A stretch of 64,000 nt of DNA from Methanobacteriota archaeon (GCA_020029475.1 JAIBJG010000005.1:13169-77168), one strand, 5' to 3'; shown: positions 30,035-40,598, counted from the stretch's first letter. Notes: a model not told the origin generated them from the letters alone. Numbers and translations are program-made.

Positions 30035-33000
30035 TCACTTGGGGGCTCGTCCGTCCCCGGGAGACGTCCTCTCCTCCCGCCGTACCCGCTGGAGCCCGCC
30101 CGGGGCCCACCAGTTGTATTTCCCCGCCAGGACCATGATCGCGGGGACGAGGTAGATCCGGACGACCATCGAGTCCAGGAGGATCACGAACGCGAGGGCG
30201 AACCCGATCTCCTGGAGGAACGGGGACTGGTTCAGCATCAGCGTGAAGAACGCGCCCGCCATCACGATCCCGCACGCGGAGATGATCCCGCCGGTCCGGG
30301 TCGTCGCTTCCGTGATGGCGTCGCGGTCCGAGGCGCCCCGGGCGACCTCCTCCCGCACCCGCGTGATGATGAAGATGTCGTAGTCCATCCCGAGCCCCAT
30401 CGCCATCACGAACAGCGCGAGGGGGAGGATGAAGATCACATCGATCCCCCGCCAGAAGTGGAACAGGACGATCGTGAGGGCGAGGGTCCACGAGATGCTC
30501 AGGAGGATCGTGAGGATCGCGCGGAGGGGGATCAGGACGCTCCCGAGGACGAGGAGGAGCACGATGAAGAGCCCCGTGACGACGACGAGGGCCATGATCT
30601 GGAGGTCCCGGTTCGTGTTGTCCCGCACGTCGTTGAGGACCGCGGAGACCCCGCCGAGGTACACCTCCGAGTCCCTGAGCACGGGGTCGGAGGCCCGGAG
30701 GTCCGCGATTCCCGCCCCGATCCGGTCGATCGTCGAAATCGCCTCCCGGGAGAACGGGGCGTCCCGGAGGACGGCGAGGAGGCGCACGGTGCGATTGTCC
30801 TTGCCGATGTACGAGCCCATCGCGGCGAGGACCTGGGCCCGCTGCGCGGGGGGCATCGAGGAGACGTTCCGGTAGTCCACGGGGGACCCCTGCGGGTTCG
30901 TCGGGCCCTCGATGGACTGCACCCCGGGCTCCCGCCCGACGATCCCGGACGCGAGCCGGTCCAGCGCCTCGAGGCGGGGGACGGAGAGGCTCCCGTCGAA
31001 CAGGACGACGGGCCCCGGGAACCGGACGACGATCACGGTCGGGAACGCGAACCCGTGGCCGAAGGACCCGCTGATTGCGTCGAGCCCCTCGCTCGATTCC
31101 GTCGGCGGGGCCCCCTGGGAGAAGTCGAACGTGGGCTCGTCCGTGAGGACGATGTACGTGGCGGGGATCGTGATCAGGATCGCGACGAGGAGCACGGCCT
31201 TCGCATGCCGCATCGAGAACTGCGCCGCCCCGCGGAAGTACCGCTCCGTCGCGGAGAGCTCCGTGCGGGGGCGGGCCTTCGCGACCTTCTGCCCGGAGGG
31301 CCAGAACACGCGGTCCCCCAGGAGGAGGACGATGGACGGCGTGAACGTGAGCGCGATCGCGAGGGCGACGGTGACCGCGAAGCCGATCGTGAGTCCCATC
31401 GTCTTCAGGATCGGGAAGGAGCCGAGGGAGAGGGCCGCGAAGGCGATCAGCACCGCCCCGCCGCTCGTCGTGACGCTCTCCCCGGCCCAGATCACCGCGT
31501 TCCGGACCGCCTCCTCCTTGGACCTCCCGTCCCTCCGCTCGTCCCGGTACCGGGAGACGATGAAGATCGAGTAGTCCGTCCCCGTCGCGAGGAGCACGGT
31601 CTGGAGGACCGCGGTCACCGTGAAGTCCACGGAGAACAGGTACAGCGCGACGAGGTACACGAACAGGTTCGCGATCATGATCGCGATCGCGATCGTGAGG
31701 ATCGGGAACGCGGGGGATACGACGGACCGGAAGTACAGGCCGATCAGGACGACGACGAGCACGATCGTGACGAGGAACTCCGCGCCGCCGCCGAACGCCT
31801 CCTCCGAGTCCAGGTCCGAGGGCGCGCTCCCCGTGACGTACGTCCTCACGTCCGCGGCGTACGCGGCCTTGAGCCCCGCGACGTACGCCCGCATCGCAAT
31901 CACGTCCTCCGCGATCGGCTGACGGCCATCTTCCGTGTAGCGCGCCTCCTTCTCGAAGGCGTAGTTCATCAGGACGATCGTGCGCTCCGGGCTCACGAAG
32001 AACCGGGTGACGTTCACGGGAAGGATGAACGGGGCGGCCAGAGGGTCGTACTGGAGGGACTCGCGGTCCGCGAACGCCCGGAGCTCCGGGTCCGTCGCGT
32101 TCGCGCCGAGATCGTGGGCGAGGTCCTGGAAGAACTCGATGCCTGCGACAGGGACCTGCGCGAACACGGACAAGCCGTACGCCTCGACGAGGGCGGCGTC
32201 CCGGAAGTTCGAGAGGTTGAAGACGGAGAGCATCCCGAGCTGGAACTGCTTCGCGGTCGCGTTGAAGCTCGCGTTCCCAAACGGGGAGTCGACGAACACG
32301 GGGAGGGTCCGGGCGATCACCGTCTCGGCCCTCGCGGGCGATGATGACCCATCCAGCGTTGGGTCGCCGAAGGATGCCCGCCAACCCTGGTAGAACATCT
32401 CGAAGGACGCCTCCGCCCAAAACGATGTCGGCGGGGTGAACGACCCGTTGATCGTGGTTCGAGTCAGTGTGTACGCCGTCTCGTTCTCGTTCACGGGCCG
32501 GGCGCTCTCCCACCCGGCCACGAACGTGGCGGGCAAGCCCCAGTAGATCCCGACGGCGGCTTGCGTGAACCCGACCTGCTCGTGGACGGGTTCGTTGAAC
32601 TGTTTCGCGAGGGAGTACGCGACGGACTCGTACAGGCCGTACACGGTGGCGTTCGTGGGGTCCCGGAGGAGCTCGATCCTCCGGTCCAGGAGGATCGTCC
32701 GGCCGGTCCGGAGGGTGAGGGCCCCGGTCTGCCCCGCGGAGAGCTGTGACGCGGTGACGATTGCGTCGTGGAGGTCCGCGGTGAAGTTGCGGTAGTACGG
32801 GGAGGTCACGTTCGGGGCGAGGAGGACGATCGTCGCGGAGGAGCCCTCCGTCTGCCCCGGGAACTCCTCGTCGATGATCCGCTGGGCCTGCGCGGACTCC
32901 GTGTCCTGCGGGAGGGAGGAGGCCTGGGAGAACGAGACGACGTCCCCGACCCGCCACACCTGGTTCGCGACGAGGGCGCCGACGAAGATCAGGATCCACA

Positions 33001-33085
33001 GGAGGACGAGGGCCCGGTGCCGCTTCCCGACGACCTTCGCGATGACCCGGAAGAACCCGTACCCTTCCTCGGAGGCGCGGCCCAA
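30035..33085 (-). CDS. MMPL/RND-superfamily membrane transporter (two MMPL halves, 1016 aa)
   Basis: Two 6-TM bundles, each followed by a large extracytoplasmic loop. Characteristic ...SVTTSGGAVLIAFAALSLGSFPILKTMGLTIGFAVTVALAIALTFTPS... and ...GGIISACGIVMAGAFFTLMLNQSPFLQEIGFALAFVILLDSMVVRIYLVPA. TTG start. Confidence 0.85.
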   Translation of the reverse strand: MGRASEEGYGFFRVIAKVVGKRHRALVLLWILIFVGALVANQVWRVGDVVSFSQASSLPQDTESAQAQRIIDEEFPGQTEGSSATIVLLAPNVTSPYYRNFTADLHDAIVTASQLSAGQTGALTLRTGRTILLDRRIELLRDPTNATVYGLYESVAYSLAKQFNEPVHEQVGFTQAAVGIYWGLPATFVAGWESARPVNENETAYTLTRTTINGSFTPPTSFWAEASFEMFYQGWRASFGDPTLDGSSSPARAETVIARTLPVFVDSPFGNASFNATAKQFQLGMLSVFNLSNFRDAALVEAYGLSVFAQVPVAGIEFFQDLAHDLGANATDPELRAFADRESLQYDPLAAPFILPVNVTRFFVSPERTIVLMNYAFEKEARYTEDGRQPIAEDVIAMRAYVAGLKAAYAADVRTYVTGSAPSDLDSEEAFGGGAEFLVTIVLVVVLIGLYFRSVVSPAFPILTIAIAIMIANLFVYLVALYLFSVDFTVTAVLQTVLLATGTDYSIFIVSRYRDERRDGRSKEEAVRNAVIWAGESVTTSGGAVLIAFAALSLGSFPILKTMGLTIGFAVTVALAIALTFTPSIVLLLGDRVFWPSGQKVAKARPRTELSATERYFRGAAQFSMRHAKAVLLVAILITIPATYIVLTDEPTFDFSQGAPPTESSEGLDAISGSFGHGFAFPTVIVVRFPGPVVLFDGSLSVPRLEALDRLASGIVGREPGVQSIEGPTNPQGSPVDYRNVSSMPPAQRAQVLAAMGSYIGKDNRTVRLLAVLRDAPFSREAISTIDRIGAGIADLRASDPVLRDSEVYLGGVSAVLNDVRDNTNRDLQIMALVVVTGLFIVLLLVLGSVLIPLRAILTILLSISWTLALTIVLFHFWRGIDVIFILPLALFVMAMGLGMDYDIFIITRVREEVARGASDRDAITEATTRTGGIISACGIVMAGAFFTLMLNQSPFLQEIGFALAFVILLDSMVVRIYLVPAIMVLAGKYNWWAPGGLQRVRREERTSPGDGRAPK

Positions 33086-33172
33086 GGTACCCCTTCCTGC
33101 GCTCGCAAGAGCCGGGGGTTCAAAAGGCTTCCGCGCGAATTATCGGAGGAGTGCTGTTCCAGGGGTGGAAAG

Positions 33173-33245
33173 TGGGCTCGGCCGGATTCGAACCGGCGAC
33201 CTTCACCATGTCAGGGTGACGTCATGACCGCTAGACCACGAGCCC
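33173..33245 (-). tRNA. tRNA-Val (anticodon GAC)
   Basis: Minus-strand read GGGCTCGTGGTCTAGCGGTCATGACGTCACCCTGACATGGTGAAGGTCGCCGGTTCGAATCCGGCCGAGCCCA. Acceptor GGGCTCG/CGAGCCC, anticodon stem TCACC/GGTGA with loop CTGACAT, T-arm GCCGG-TTCGAAT-CCGGC. Confidence 0.85.
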
Positions 33246-33315
33246 GGCGCCGCGCCAATTGCGGGGATTGCTTAAAGGCTTTCCAAGCGCCCTCCGGTCG
33301 CTTTCCGGGCGGATC

Positions 33316-36084
33316 CTACGATCCGGGACGGAGCCTTCGGCGACGGCGAATGACGAGCCAGGCGACTGCAATCGACCCCAGGCCCGCTGCTGCGAGCCCA
33401 CCCACCAGGAGGAGCATGTCGCCCTCCGCCGGGAACAGGCCCTGGTCAGGCGGCCTGACCTCCTCGCGGTACACCACGAGCAACGATACGGTCGTGTTCG
33501 CGGGATGGTACGGGGACTTCGCCGCCAGGAAGGACACGCGGTACGACTGAGACGCACGGAGGTCGGTCGGCGGCGAGAACAGGATCTGCGCCATCGTCGT
33601 TGCGGTCCCACTGGGGGGCTGCACGGTCGCATTATCCGGCGTGACCCCTGCCGTCACCATAGCATCTCCGACGGTCGTCCCCGTCTCGTCGCGGACTTGG
33701 AGGCGGATCGGGAGGACGCCGCCGGGCTCCGTGAGGTCCCCGGCGGGGACGGAGATGTGAAGACTTAGGAAGGGCACACCGTCCGGGAAAACCGTGATGA
33801 GGATTCCGCGCTGGATCGGTTGCCGCGCGTCGGGATGGTCCGCCGCCACGTCAATCACGATGTAGCGCAACGAGGATACGGCGGGGGCCTCGTACGTGGC
33901 AGAGAACGAGCCGGTCGCGCCCGTCCTGCCGATGACGTTCGCCGCCGAGGTTTCGACGAACCGCCCGCCGTCCTGGGGCAGGATCGTTAGGGTCACCTCG
34001 GCTCCCTGGAGCGCGGTTCGGCGGTCGTCTCGGACGGTCACGTCGATCCGTTGGCGGCCTTGGCTCGGCATCGCGGAGCCGAATTCGACGGCGAGGTTGA
34101 GAGTCCTGAGGCTCGTCACGGGGCGCACCCCGATCCAGGACCAGTAGTTCCAAAGGGACCCGAACTCCGAGGTCCAGTTCACGAACTGGTCCGAACGCGT
34201 CGCCTGGACGACCGTGCGGGAGAACAGGGGTTCCACCGGGTGGTCCTCCATGAAGATTGCCTGGGCCCATCGGATGAGCCGCTGACGTTCCGTCCCGTTC
34301 ATCTCGGAACGCGATTGCTCGACCACGTAGTCGAATGTGGCATCGCAATACCCCGCGTCGTTCGCACCCGCCGCCTGGCCGCAGTGAAACAGGTCAAACA
34401 GATAGTCGGGGTCTGGACCAATGCTCCACCGCTGGGCGGCGAACATGTCGAAGTCCCGGCGCTCGATCCTACCGGAAAGGGCAGAGAACGCTATGGGCTC
34501 CGCGACCACGTTCACCCGAATCGACCGGGCGGCCGTGGCGATGAGGCCTGCAGGAGTTGGCTGTTCGGGGAAGATCGGATAATCCGACTGGGGCGTCAAG
34601 ATCGATATCTGCCGGTCCCCGATGGAAGGGAATTCCCTCCACCCGTCTCCGTCCGCGTCCATCCACCCCGCGTTGTCGAGGATTAGGGAGGCCTGTGAGG
34701 GATCGTACGAGACCAGCGGGAGGGAGGCGTTGTACCAGAACCGATTCACCGGGGAAACGGGGCTGTCGGTGACGATTCCATAGTTCCCCAGGTGGGTTCT
34801 GACCATCGTCTGTTTGTCCGCGAGGCGCGCGAAGGCGGTTCGGAACGGCCGGCCCACGTCGTCGATCTCGCTGTCGACGGGCGGGAACGTGGAGTAACCG
34901 AATGGCTGCCTCCGGAGGTTGAAGCCAATGTACGGGTACCCGAGCTCGGCCCCGGCCCAGACGGTAACCTCGGGCGTGTTCAGCAAGTCGGGGACGAACT
35001 CGGGCGGGATGTTCCACAGGTAGTAGTCGATTTCCCCCGCCTGGAGCGCGAGGACCCCGAGCTGCGTCGTGCGGTGGATCCGGAACTCGATCCCGCCCAC
35101 ATGCGGCGGGTGGACCGAGGTGTTCATCCGAGGGTCGTAGACGAACGCCGGGTTCGAGGGGTCCCGCCCCCAGTAATACGCGTCGTTCCTGTCGATGCGG
35201 GCGAGTGCTCCGGAGATTAACGTCGTGAAGCGGAAGGGGCCCGACCCGATGACGTCGAAATCCGAAGGCTCCCATGCCTCTGCCGCGGCGTAGTTGAACG
35301 GCATGTACGCGGTCTCGTACGTGGGGATTCCTTGCCCTGCCCTGGGGTGCCCCGGGGGGTACACAGCGAGGCCGAAGTCCACGTGTCGTCCGTTCCCCGT
35401 GTCCTCCCAGACGTGTCGCGGAAGCAGCCAGAGATGCCCAAGGGTACGCTCGAAGAACGGCGCGTACGGTACATGGAGTCGGAAGCGAAGCGCGCACCGG
35501 AGGGTGTTCATGCCGGCGAGGCCGGAGGCCGACGACCACTGAACGTCCGTGGGGTTGCACCAGGAGAGGTCGATGTTGACGTGCCGGTCCGACGGGAAGG
35601 AAGCCGCGCTAGGGTCGTCCCACAGAGGGCGCACGTGAACGTTCCAAACTGGGCTCATCGAGGCGAGCTGGAGGGAGAAAAGGACGTCCGTCGCCGTCAT
35701 CTGTGTGCCGTCGTGCCACCGCAGGCCGTTGAAGTCGAAATAGGCGGTCACGTCCGAGCCGTTCGTCCCAGAGGCCTTTTGGAACGCAGCGTATTCGTCC
35801 GCCTCGAAGGATCCATCGCCGTCGTGGTCGGTCCCCTTTAAGACATGCGGCAGCAGGACGCCGATCGGCTCCGAAGTGAGGATCGGATGGGCATAGACGG
35901 GGGCGAGGATGGGTAGCGCCCACGGGTCAGAAACGGAACCGCGAAGGAGGTTTCGTGTGCGCATCTGATCCTGAATCCCAATGGAGACGACGGAGACGGG
36001 TTCCTCACCGGTCGATCCGGGCGCGGTGGCGATCAGCGTCGCTGAGAGAAAGAACGAAACCGCCAGGACCGTCGCGGCTCGCAT
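33316..36084 (-). CDS. ABC-transporter substrate-binding protein, family 5 (peptide/nickel type), with extra C-terminal Ig-like domains and a C-terminal TM anchor; no cognate permease or ATPase nearby
   Basis: Signal peptide MRAATVLAVSFFLSATLIATA. SBP_bac_5 C-terminal signature ...ATFDYVVEQSRSEMNGTERQRLIRWAQAIFMEDHPVEPLF. The ~300-aa C-terminal extension ends LLLVGGLAAAGLGSIAVAWLVIRRRRR. Confidence 0.75.
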   Translation of the reverse strand: MRAATVLAVSFFLSATLIATAPGSTGEEPVSVVSIGIQDQMRTRNLLRGSVSDPWALPILAPVYAHPILTSEPIGVLLPHVLKGTDHDGDGSFEADEYAAFQKASGTNGSDVTAYFDFNGLRWHDGTQMTATDVLFSLQLASMSPVWNVHVRPLWDDPSAASFPSDRHVNIDLSWCNPTDVQWSSASGLAGMNTLRCALRFRLHVPYAPFFERTLGHLWLLPRHVWEDTGNGRHVDFGLAVYPPGHPRAGQGIPTYETAYMPFNYAAAEAWEPSDFDVIGSGPFRFTTLISGALARIDRNDAYYWGRDPSNPAFVYDPRMNTSVHPPHVGGIEFRIHRTTQLGVLALQAGEIDYYLWNIPPEFVPDLLNTPEVTVWAGAELGYPYIGFNLRRQPFGYSTFPPVDSEIDDVGRPFRTAFARLADKQTMVRTHLGNYGIVTDSPVSPVNRFWYNASLPLVSYDPSQASLILDNAGWMDADGDGWREFPSIGDRQISILTPQSDYPIFPEQPTPAGLIATAARSIRVNVVAEPIAFSALSGRIERRDFDMFAAQRWSIGPDPDYLFDLFHCGQAAGANDAGYCDATFDYVVEQSRSEMNGTERQRLIRWAQAIFMEDHPVEPLFSRTVVQATRSDQFVNWTSEFGSLWNYWSWIGVRPVTSLRTLNLAVEFGSAMPSQGRQRIDVTVRDDRRTALQGAEVTLTILPQDGGRFVETSAANVIGRTGATGSFSATYEAPAVSSLRYIVIDVAADHPDARQPIQRGILITVFPDGVPFLSLHISVPAGDLTEPGGVLPIRLQVRDETGTTVGDAMVTAGVTPDNATVQPPSGTATTMAQILFSPPTDLRASQSYRVSFLAAKSPYHPANTTVSLLVVYREEVRPPDQGLFPAEGDMLLLVGGLAAAGLGSIAVAWLVIRRRRRLRPGS

Positions 36085-36154
36085 GACCCTCCGGTCGGCC
36101 CCAAAGGGGCCGTGCGACTTAGGATGATTGGTACGCCCCTTTGTGCCTTCTGGA

Positions 36155-37429
36155 TTACAGGGTCGCCTTGTCGAACATCTCTGGCTTCCCGCCCGGTGGG
36201 CGGGTCGCGTCGATCCCCAGTTTCGCCGTAATCCCGTCGCTTGCGCTCGGATCGATCGAGGAGCCCCGCACTCCTTGGAGGATCACAAGCCCGCGGTCCG
36301 CTTGGAACCTCGTCGCGATCGCCCACTCCACGTCCCGGTCGTCGAACACGTCGATGTCCTCGTCCACGATGACGACCTGTTTCATCGAGGTGTGCGCGCC
36401 GAAGGCCGCCAGGATCGCGTTCTTCGCGTCCCCCGGATGCTGCTTCCGGATTGACACGACGCCGTGGAGCCACGCGCACCCACCCTCCGTCAGCCGCACC
36501 GCTTTCACCTTCGGGACCGCGCGGGACACGGCCTGGTGGATGATCGGCTCCCGCGGCATCCCCATGAACATGAAGTGCTCGTCCAACCCGCCGACGATGA
36601 TGTGGAAAATCGGGTCGTCCCGGTGGTACACGCGGTCCACGACGAGGACGGGCTCCTCCCGCACGCGGTCATACGTCCGCACCGCGTCGACGAAGGGACC
36701 CTCCGCGTGGCGCTCGTTGATCAACCGGCCCTCGAAGACGTACTCCGCGTCCGCGGGGACCGTGAGGCCGTCCTTGATCTTCACGACGTCCACGGGCTGG
36801 CCGAGGGTCCGCCGCTTCAGGGCGGACGCGATCCGCGTCTCATCCACGCCGTACTCCACGGAGGTCCCGCCGCCGATTAGGAGCCAAGGGTCGAGCCCCA
36901 CGCAGATCGCGACCTTCAGCTCCTGGCCCGCCTTCAGCGCCTCCTGGTACATGTGATGGAGGTGGCGGGGGACGATCCGGCACACTCCCCGGTTCGGACC
37001 GAGGACCTGGATGCGATGGAACGAAAGGTTCCGATGCCCCTCCCACTCCGCGACCCACACCCCCGCGGTCACGTACCGTCCCGCGTCCCCGGGGTAGAGC
37101 TTCGGGATCGGACTCTCGAGGAGGTCCACGTCCGTCGTCTCGTTCGCCTGGAACCCCGCCTTCTCAACAGCGTGGAAGTCCTCCGGGTGGGACATCGAGA
37201 GCATCAGGTGCCCGAGGAGCGCGTCCCGGGTCGTGTTCATCGCGGAAGCGACGCGGTCTCTCGTGGACCATAGGTTCCCGACCGCCTCGTGGCCGTCAAG
37301 GTCTGCGAAGTGGACGGGGCTCCGCGGGTGCTTCAGCAGGATGCGCGTGCACTCCAGCTCCCGGCTCGTCCGCTCCTTGATCGTGACGACATCGTCGGAG
37401 AATCTCTCGAGCCACGGACGGACCGCCAT
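36155..37429 (-). CDS. UbiD-family (prFMN-dependent) decarboxylase
   Basis: 424 aa; MAVRPWLERF...GPNRGVCRI...LKVAICVGLDP... matches the UbiD/3-octaprenyl-4-hydroxybenzoate carboxy-lyase fold. Confidence 0.8.
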   Translation of the reverse strand: MAVRPWLERFSDDVVTIKERTSRELECTRILLKHPRSPVHFADLDGHEAVGNLWSTRDRVASAMNTTRDALLGHLMLSMSHPEDFHAVEKAGFQANETTDVDLLESPIPKLYPGDAGRYVTAGVWVAEWEGHRNLSFHRIQVLGPNRGVCRIVPRHLHHMYQEALKAGQELKVAICVGLDPWLLIGGGTSVEYGVDETRIASALKRRTLGQPVDVVKIKDGLTVPADAEYVFEGRLINERHAEGPFVDAVRTYDRVREEPVLVVDRVYHRDDPIFHIIVGGLDEHFMFMGMPREPIIHQAVSRAVPKVKAVRLTEGGCAWLHGVVSIRKQHPGDAKNAILAAFGAHTSMKQVVIVDEDIDVFDDRDVEWAIATRFQADRGLVILQGVRGSSIDPSASDGITAKLGIDATRPPGGKPEMFDKATL

Positions 37430-37527
37430 TGTCGCACCTTCGCGCCGCGAAGGGGAGGGCGGGCTTTAGCGGTTGCGGATGGGCCGATGACGGAACGTAG
37501 ATACGCCGGGCTCCCATCCGGCCGACG

Positions 37528-39192
37528 ATGGTCCGAGAGATCGCGCGGAAGTACGCTCTCCAGAACGCCGTCCTGCACGGCGGGGTTGGGGACGCGAAGG
37601 CGGTGATCGGGAAGATTCTCGCCGAGCAGCCCGCGCTGCGGCCGAAGGCCCGGGAGATCATCCCGGAGATCGAGGCCGTCGTGCGGGAGGTGAACGCCCT
37701 CGACCCCGAAACGCAGCGATCGGAGCTGGAGGCGATCGCCCCGGAACTCCTCGAGCGGAAGGAGGCGAAGGTTTCGGAGCTCCCACCGCTGCCGGGGGCC
37801 GAGGAGGGGAAGGTCGTCCTCCGCCTCGCGCCGTACCCAAGCGGTCCGCTCCACATCGGGAACGCGCGTGCGTTCCTCCTGAACGACGAGTACGCGAAGC
37901 GATATCGCGGGAGGCTAATCCTCGCGTTCGACGACACGATCGGATCCGAGGCGAAACCGATTCTCCCGGAAGCGTACGACCAGATCCGCGAGGGCCTGGA
38001 CTGGGCGGGGATCGATGTCCATGATGTCGTGTACAAGTCCGACCGCATCCCGCTCCACTACGAGTGGGCGGAGAAGCTCATCGCCACGGGGAATACGTAC
38101 GTCTGCGAGTGCCCCCCGGAGAGGCTCCAAGCCCTTCGGCGGGAGAAGAAGGCGTGCGAGCACCGCCTCCAGGAGGCGGACGAGTCGTTCGCGATGTGGC
38201 GGGCAATGCTGGACGGGCAGTACCGGGAGGGGGACGCGGTCCTCCGCCTGAGGACGGACATCGCCCATCCGAACCCCGCGTTCCGGGACCGAGTGCTGTT
38301 CCGGATTGCAGAGCGGGAGCATCCGCGGGTCGGGACGAAGTATCGGGTGTGGCCGCTCCTCGAGTTCTCGTGGGCCGTGGACGACCACCTCCTCGGGATC
38401 ACGCATGTGATCCGCGGGAAGGACCTCGTGATCGAGGACATGATGGAGGAGGCGATCTGGGACACGCTTCGCATCGAGCGGCGCCCACACTTCATCCACT
38501 TCGGGATTCTGCGGTTCAAGGACGTGGACCTGTCAAAGTCGCAGATCCGGGTGGGAATCGCGGAGGGCCGCCTTACTGGGATCGACGATCCTCGCGCATG
38601 GACCCTCCAGAGCCTGCGGCGGCGGGGGATCCGGCCCCCGGCGCTCCGCTCGTTCGTGCTCTCCTTCGGTCTGAGCCTGACGGACGTCGAAGTCCCCGTT
38701 GAGTCCCTGTACTCGGAGAACCGGAAGCTCATCGACAAGGATGCAAACCGGTACTTCTTCGTCCCGGAGCCCGTGACGATCGAGATCCAGGGCCTCCCGC
38801 ACGTGGGCCCGCTGAGGGTCCCGCTCCACCCGGACTTCCCGGGGCGCGGGGAGCGCATCCTCCCCGTCGCCGAGAAGGTCCACGTTCCCCGCGAGGACTA
38901 CGAGAAGCTCCGGGGGAAGGAGGTCCGGCTCAAGGACTTCTGCAACGTCGTCCTGGACCGTCGCGCGAAGTTCCTTTCGATGGAGAACCGGGACATCCCG
39001 AAGATCCAGTGGGTCGCCCACGGGCCGAACGGGCACGTCGTGATGCCGGGCGGTTCCGAGTCCCGCGGGATCGCGGAGCCCGCGGTCGCCTCCCTCAAGG
39101 TCGACGACATCGTCCAGTTCGAGAGGTTCGGGTTCTCGAGGATCGATCGGGTTACGAAGTCTGAGGTCCACGCGTATTTCGCGCACCGGTAG
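37528..39192 (+). CDS. gltX: glutamyl-tRNA synthetase, archaeal type
   Basis: 554 aa. YALQNAVLHGG N-terminus, class I HIGH variant PLHIGNARAFLLNDEYAKRY, KMSKS variant VDLSKSQ. Confidence 0.9.
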   Translation: MVREIARKYALQNAVLHGGVGDAKAVIGKILAEQPALRPKAREIIPEIEAVVREVNALDPETQRSELEAIAPELLERKEAKVSELPPLPGAEEGKVVLRLAPYPSGPLHIGNARAFLLNDEYAKRYRGRLILAFDDTIGSEAKPILPEAYDQIREGLDWAGIDVHDVVYKSDRIPLHYEWAEKLIATGNTYVCECPPERLQALRREKKACEHRLQEADESFAMWRAMLDGQYREGDAVLRLRTDIAHPNPAFRDRVLFRIAEREHPRVGTKYRVWPLLEFSWAVDDHLLGITHVIRGKDLVIEDMMEEAIWDTLRIERRPHFIHFGILRFKDVDLSKSQIRVGIAEGRLTGIDDPRAWTLQSLRRRGIRPPALRSFVLSFGLSLTDVEVPVESLYSENRKLIDKDANRYFFVPEPVTIEIQGLPHVGPLRVPLHPDFPGRGERILPVAEKVHVPREDYEKLRGKEVRLKDFCNVVLDRRAKFLSMENRDIPKIQWVAHGPNGHVVMPGGSESRGIAEPAVASLKVDDIVQFERFGFSRIDRVTKSEVHAYFAHR

Positions 39193-39431
39193 GCTCTGGG
39201 TTCCGCGATCCTCGGATATGTCTTGATCGAATTGTGACGCTGATTCCATATCTCCTTCCATATCCAGTATGGAATTTGGTGCATGCGCATGCGGGAAGAC
39301 ATACTCGAGACGTTGCGTTCCGGGGACTGGAGGACGAGCCCGAGGGCGATCGCACTCTACCGTGACCGCGTCGGGCGCGCGGGACTCTGAGGCGCTCAGC
39401 CTTTTCTACCCGCTACCCTTACGAGGACGCG

Positions 39432-40598
39432 ATGAGGCCCGTCGCATCCCGAGTGAAGGGGATCCAGCCCTCACCGACAGTCCGCCTCGGGACCCTCACG
39501 AAGGACCTCCAGGCGAAGGGGGAGCGCGTCGAGAACCTGAGCATCGGGGAGCCGGACTTCCCGACCCCGGCGCACATCGTGGAGGCGGCGAAGCGGGCCC
39601 TCGACGACGTCCCGATGACGAAGTACGTGAGCTCGATGGGGCTGCGGGACCTGCGGGAGGCGATCGCCGCGAAGTCCCGGCAGGAGAACGGGATTCCCGC
39701 GGACCCGGACCATGTGATTGTCGCCCCCACGAAGCACTGCCTGTTCCTCGCCCTCACCGCCCTCGTCGAGGCGGGAGACGAGGTGCTGATGCCGGACCCG
39801 GGCTGGGTGAGTTACGAGCCGATGACCCGCCTCGTCGGCGGGAGGCCCGTCCCCGTGCCCGCCGCGGACGAGACGGGGTTCGTGATGACCCCGGAGGCGG
39901 TCGCGGAGGCGATCACCCCGAGGACGAAGGTCGTCCTCCTCAACAGCCCGTCGAACCCGGCGGGGGCCGTGTTCCCCGAAGCCACCTTCCGAGGGATCGC
40001 GGACCTCTGCAGGGACCACGACCTGTACGCGATCTCGGACGAGATCTACGAGAAAATCCTCTACGAAGGACGGCACGTCTCCCCCGCCTCCCTGGACGGC
40101 ATGTTCGAGCGCACGGTCACCGTCCACGGGTTCTCGAAGACGTACGCGATGACGGGATGGCGGCTCGGCTGGCTCGTCGCGGACAAGCCCCTCGTCCGGG
40201 AAATCGTGAAGGTGGAGGAGCAGACGATCACGTGCGTCCCCGGGTTCATCCAGAAGGCGGGGGTCGCCGCCCTCACGGGGCCGACCGCCCCGGTGGAAGC
40301 GATGGTCGCGGAGTTCCGGGCGCGGCGGGAAGTCGCGATGAAGGAGCTCTCGAATGTCCCGGGCCTCGAGATCCACCGGCCGAGCGGAGCGTTCTACCTC
40401 TTCCCGCGGTACGACGCCCGCATCCCGTCGTTGGACCTCAGCGAGCGCCTCCTGAAGGAGGGCCACGTCGCGGTGACCGCGGGGAGCGCGTTCGGCCCGG
40501 CGGGGGAGGGGCACCTGCGGATCTCATACGCTGCGTCCCGGGACTCGATCCGGAACGGCATCCGTGGGATCGGCGAGGTCCTCGGGAAGATCCGATAG
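39432..40598 (+). CDS. pyridoxal-phosphate-dependent aminotransferase, class I/II (aspartate aminotransferase family)
   Basis: 388 aa; NLSIGEPDFPTP, VLLNSPSNPAGAV, TVHGFSKTYAMTGWRLGW (PLP-Lys in SKT). Confidence 0.85.
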   Translation: MRPVASRVKGIQPSPTVRLGTLTKDLQAKGERVENLSIGEPDFPTPAHIVEAAKRALDDVPMTKYVSSMGLRDLREAIAAKSRQENGIPADPDHVIVAPTKHCLFLALTALVEAGDEVLMPDPGWVSYEPMTRLVGGRPVPVPAADETGFVMTPEAVAEAITPRTKVVLLNSPSNPAGAVFPEATFRGIADLCRDHDLYAISDEIYEKILYEGRHVSPASLDGMFERTVTVHGFSKTYAMTGWRLGWLVADKPLVREIVKVEEQTITCVPGFIQKAGVAALTGPTAPVEAMVAEFRARREVAMKELSNVPGLEIHRPSGAFYLFPRYDARIPSLDLSERLLKEGHVAVTAGSAFGPAGEGHLRISYAASRDSIRNGIRGIGEVLGKIR

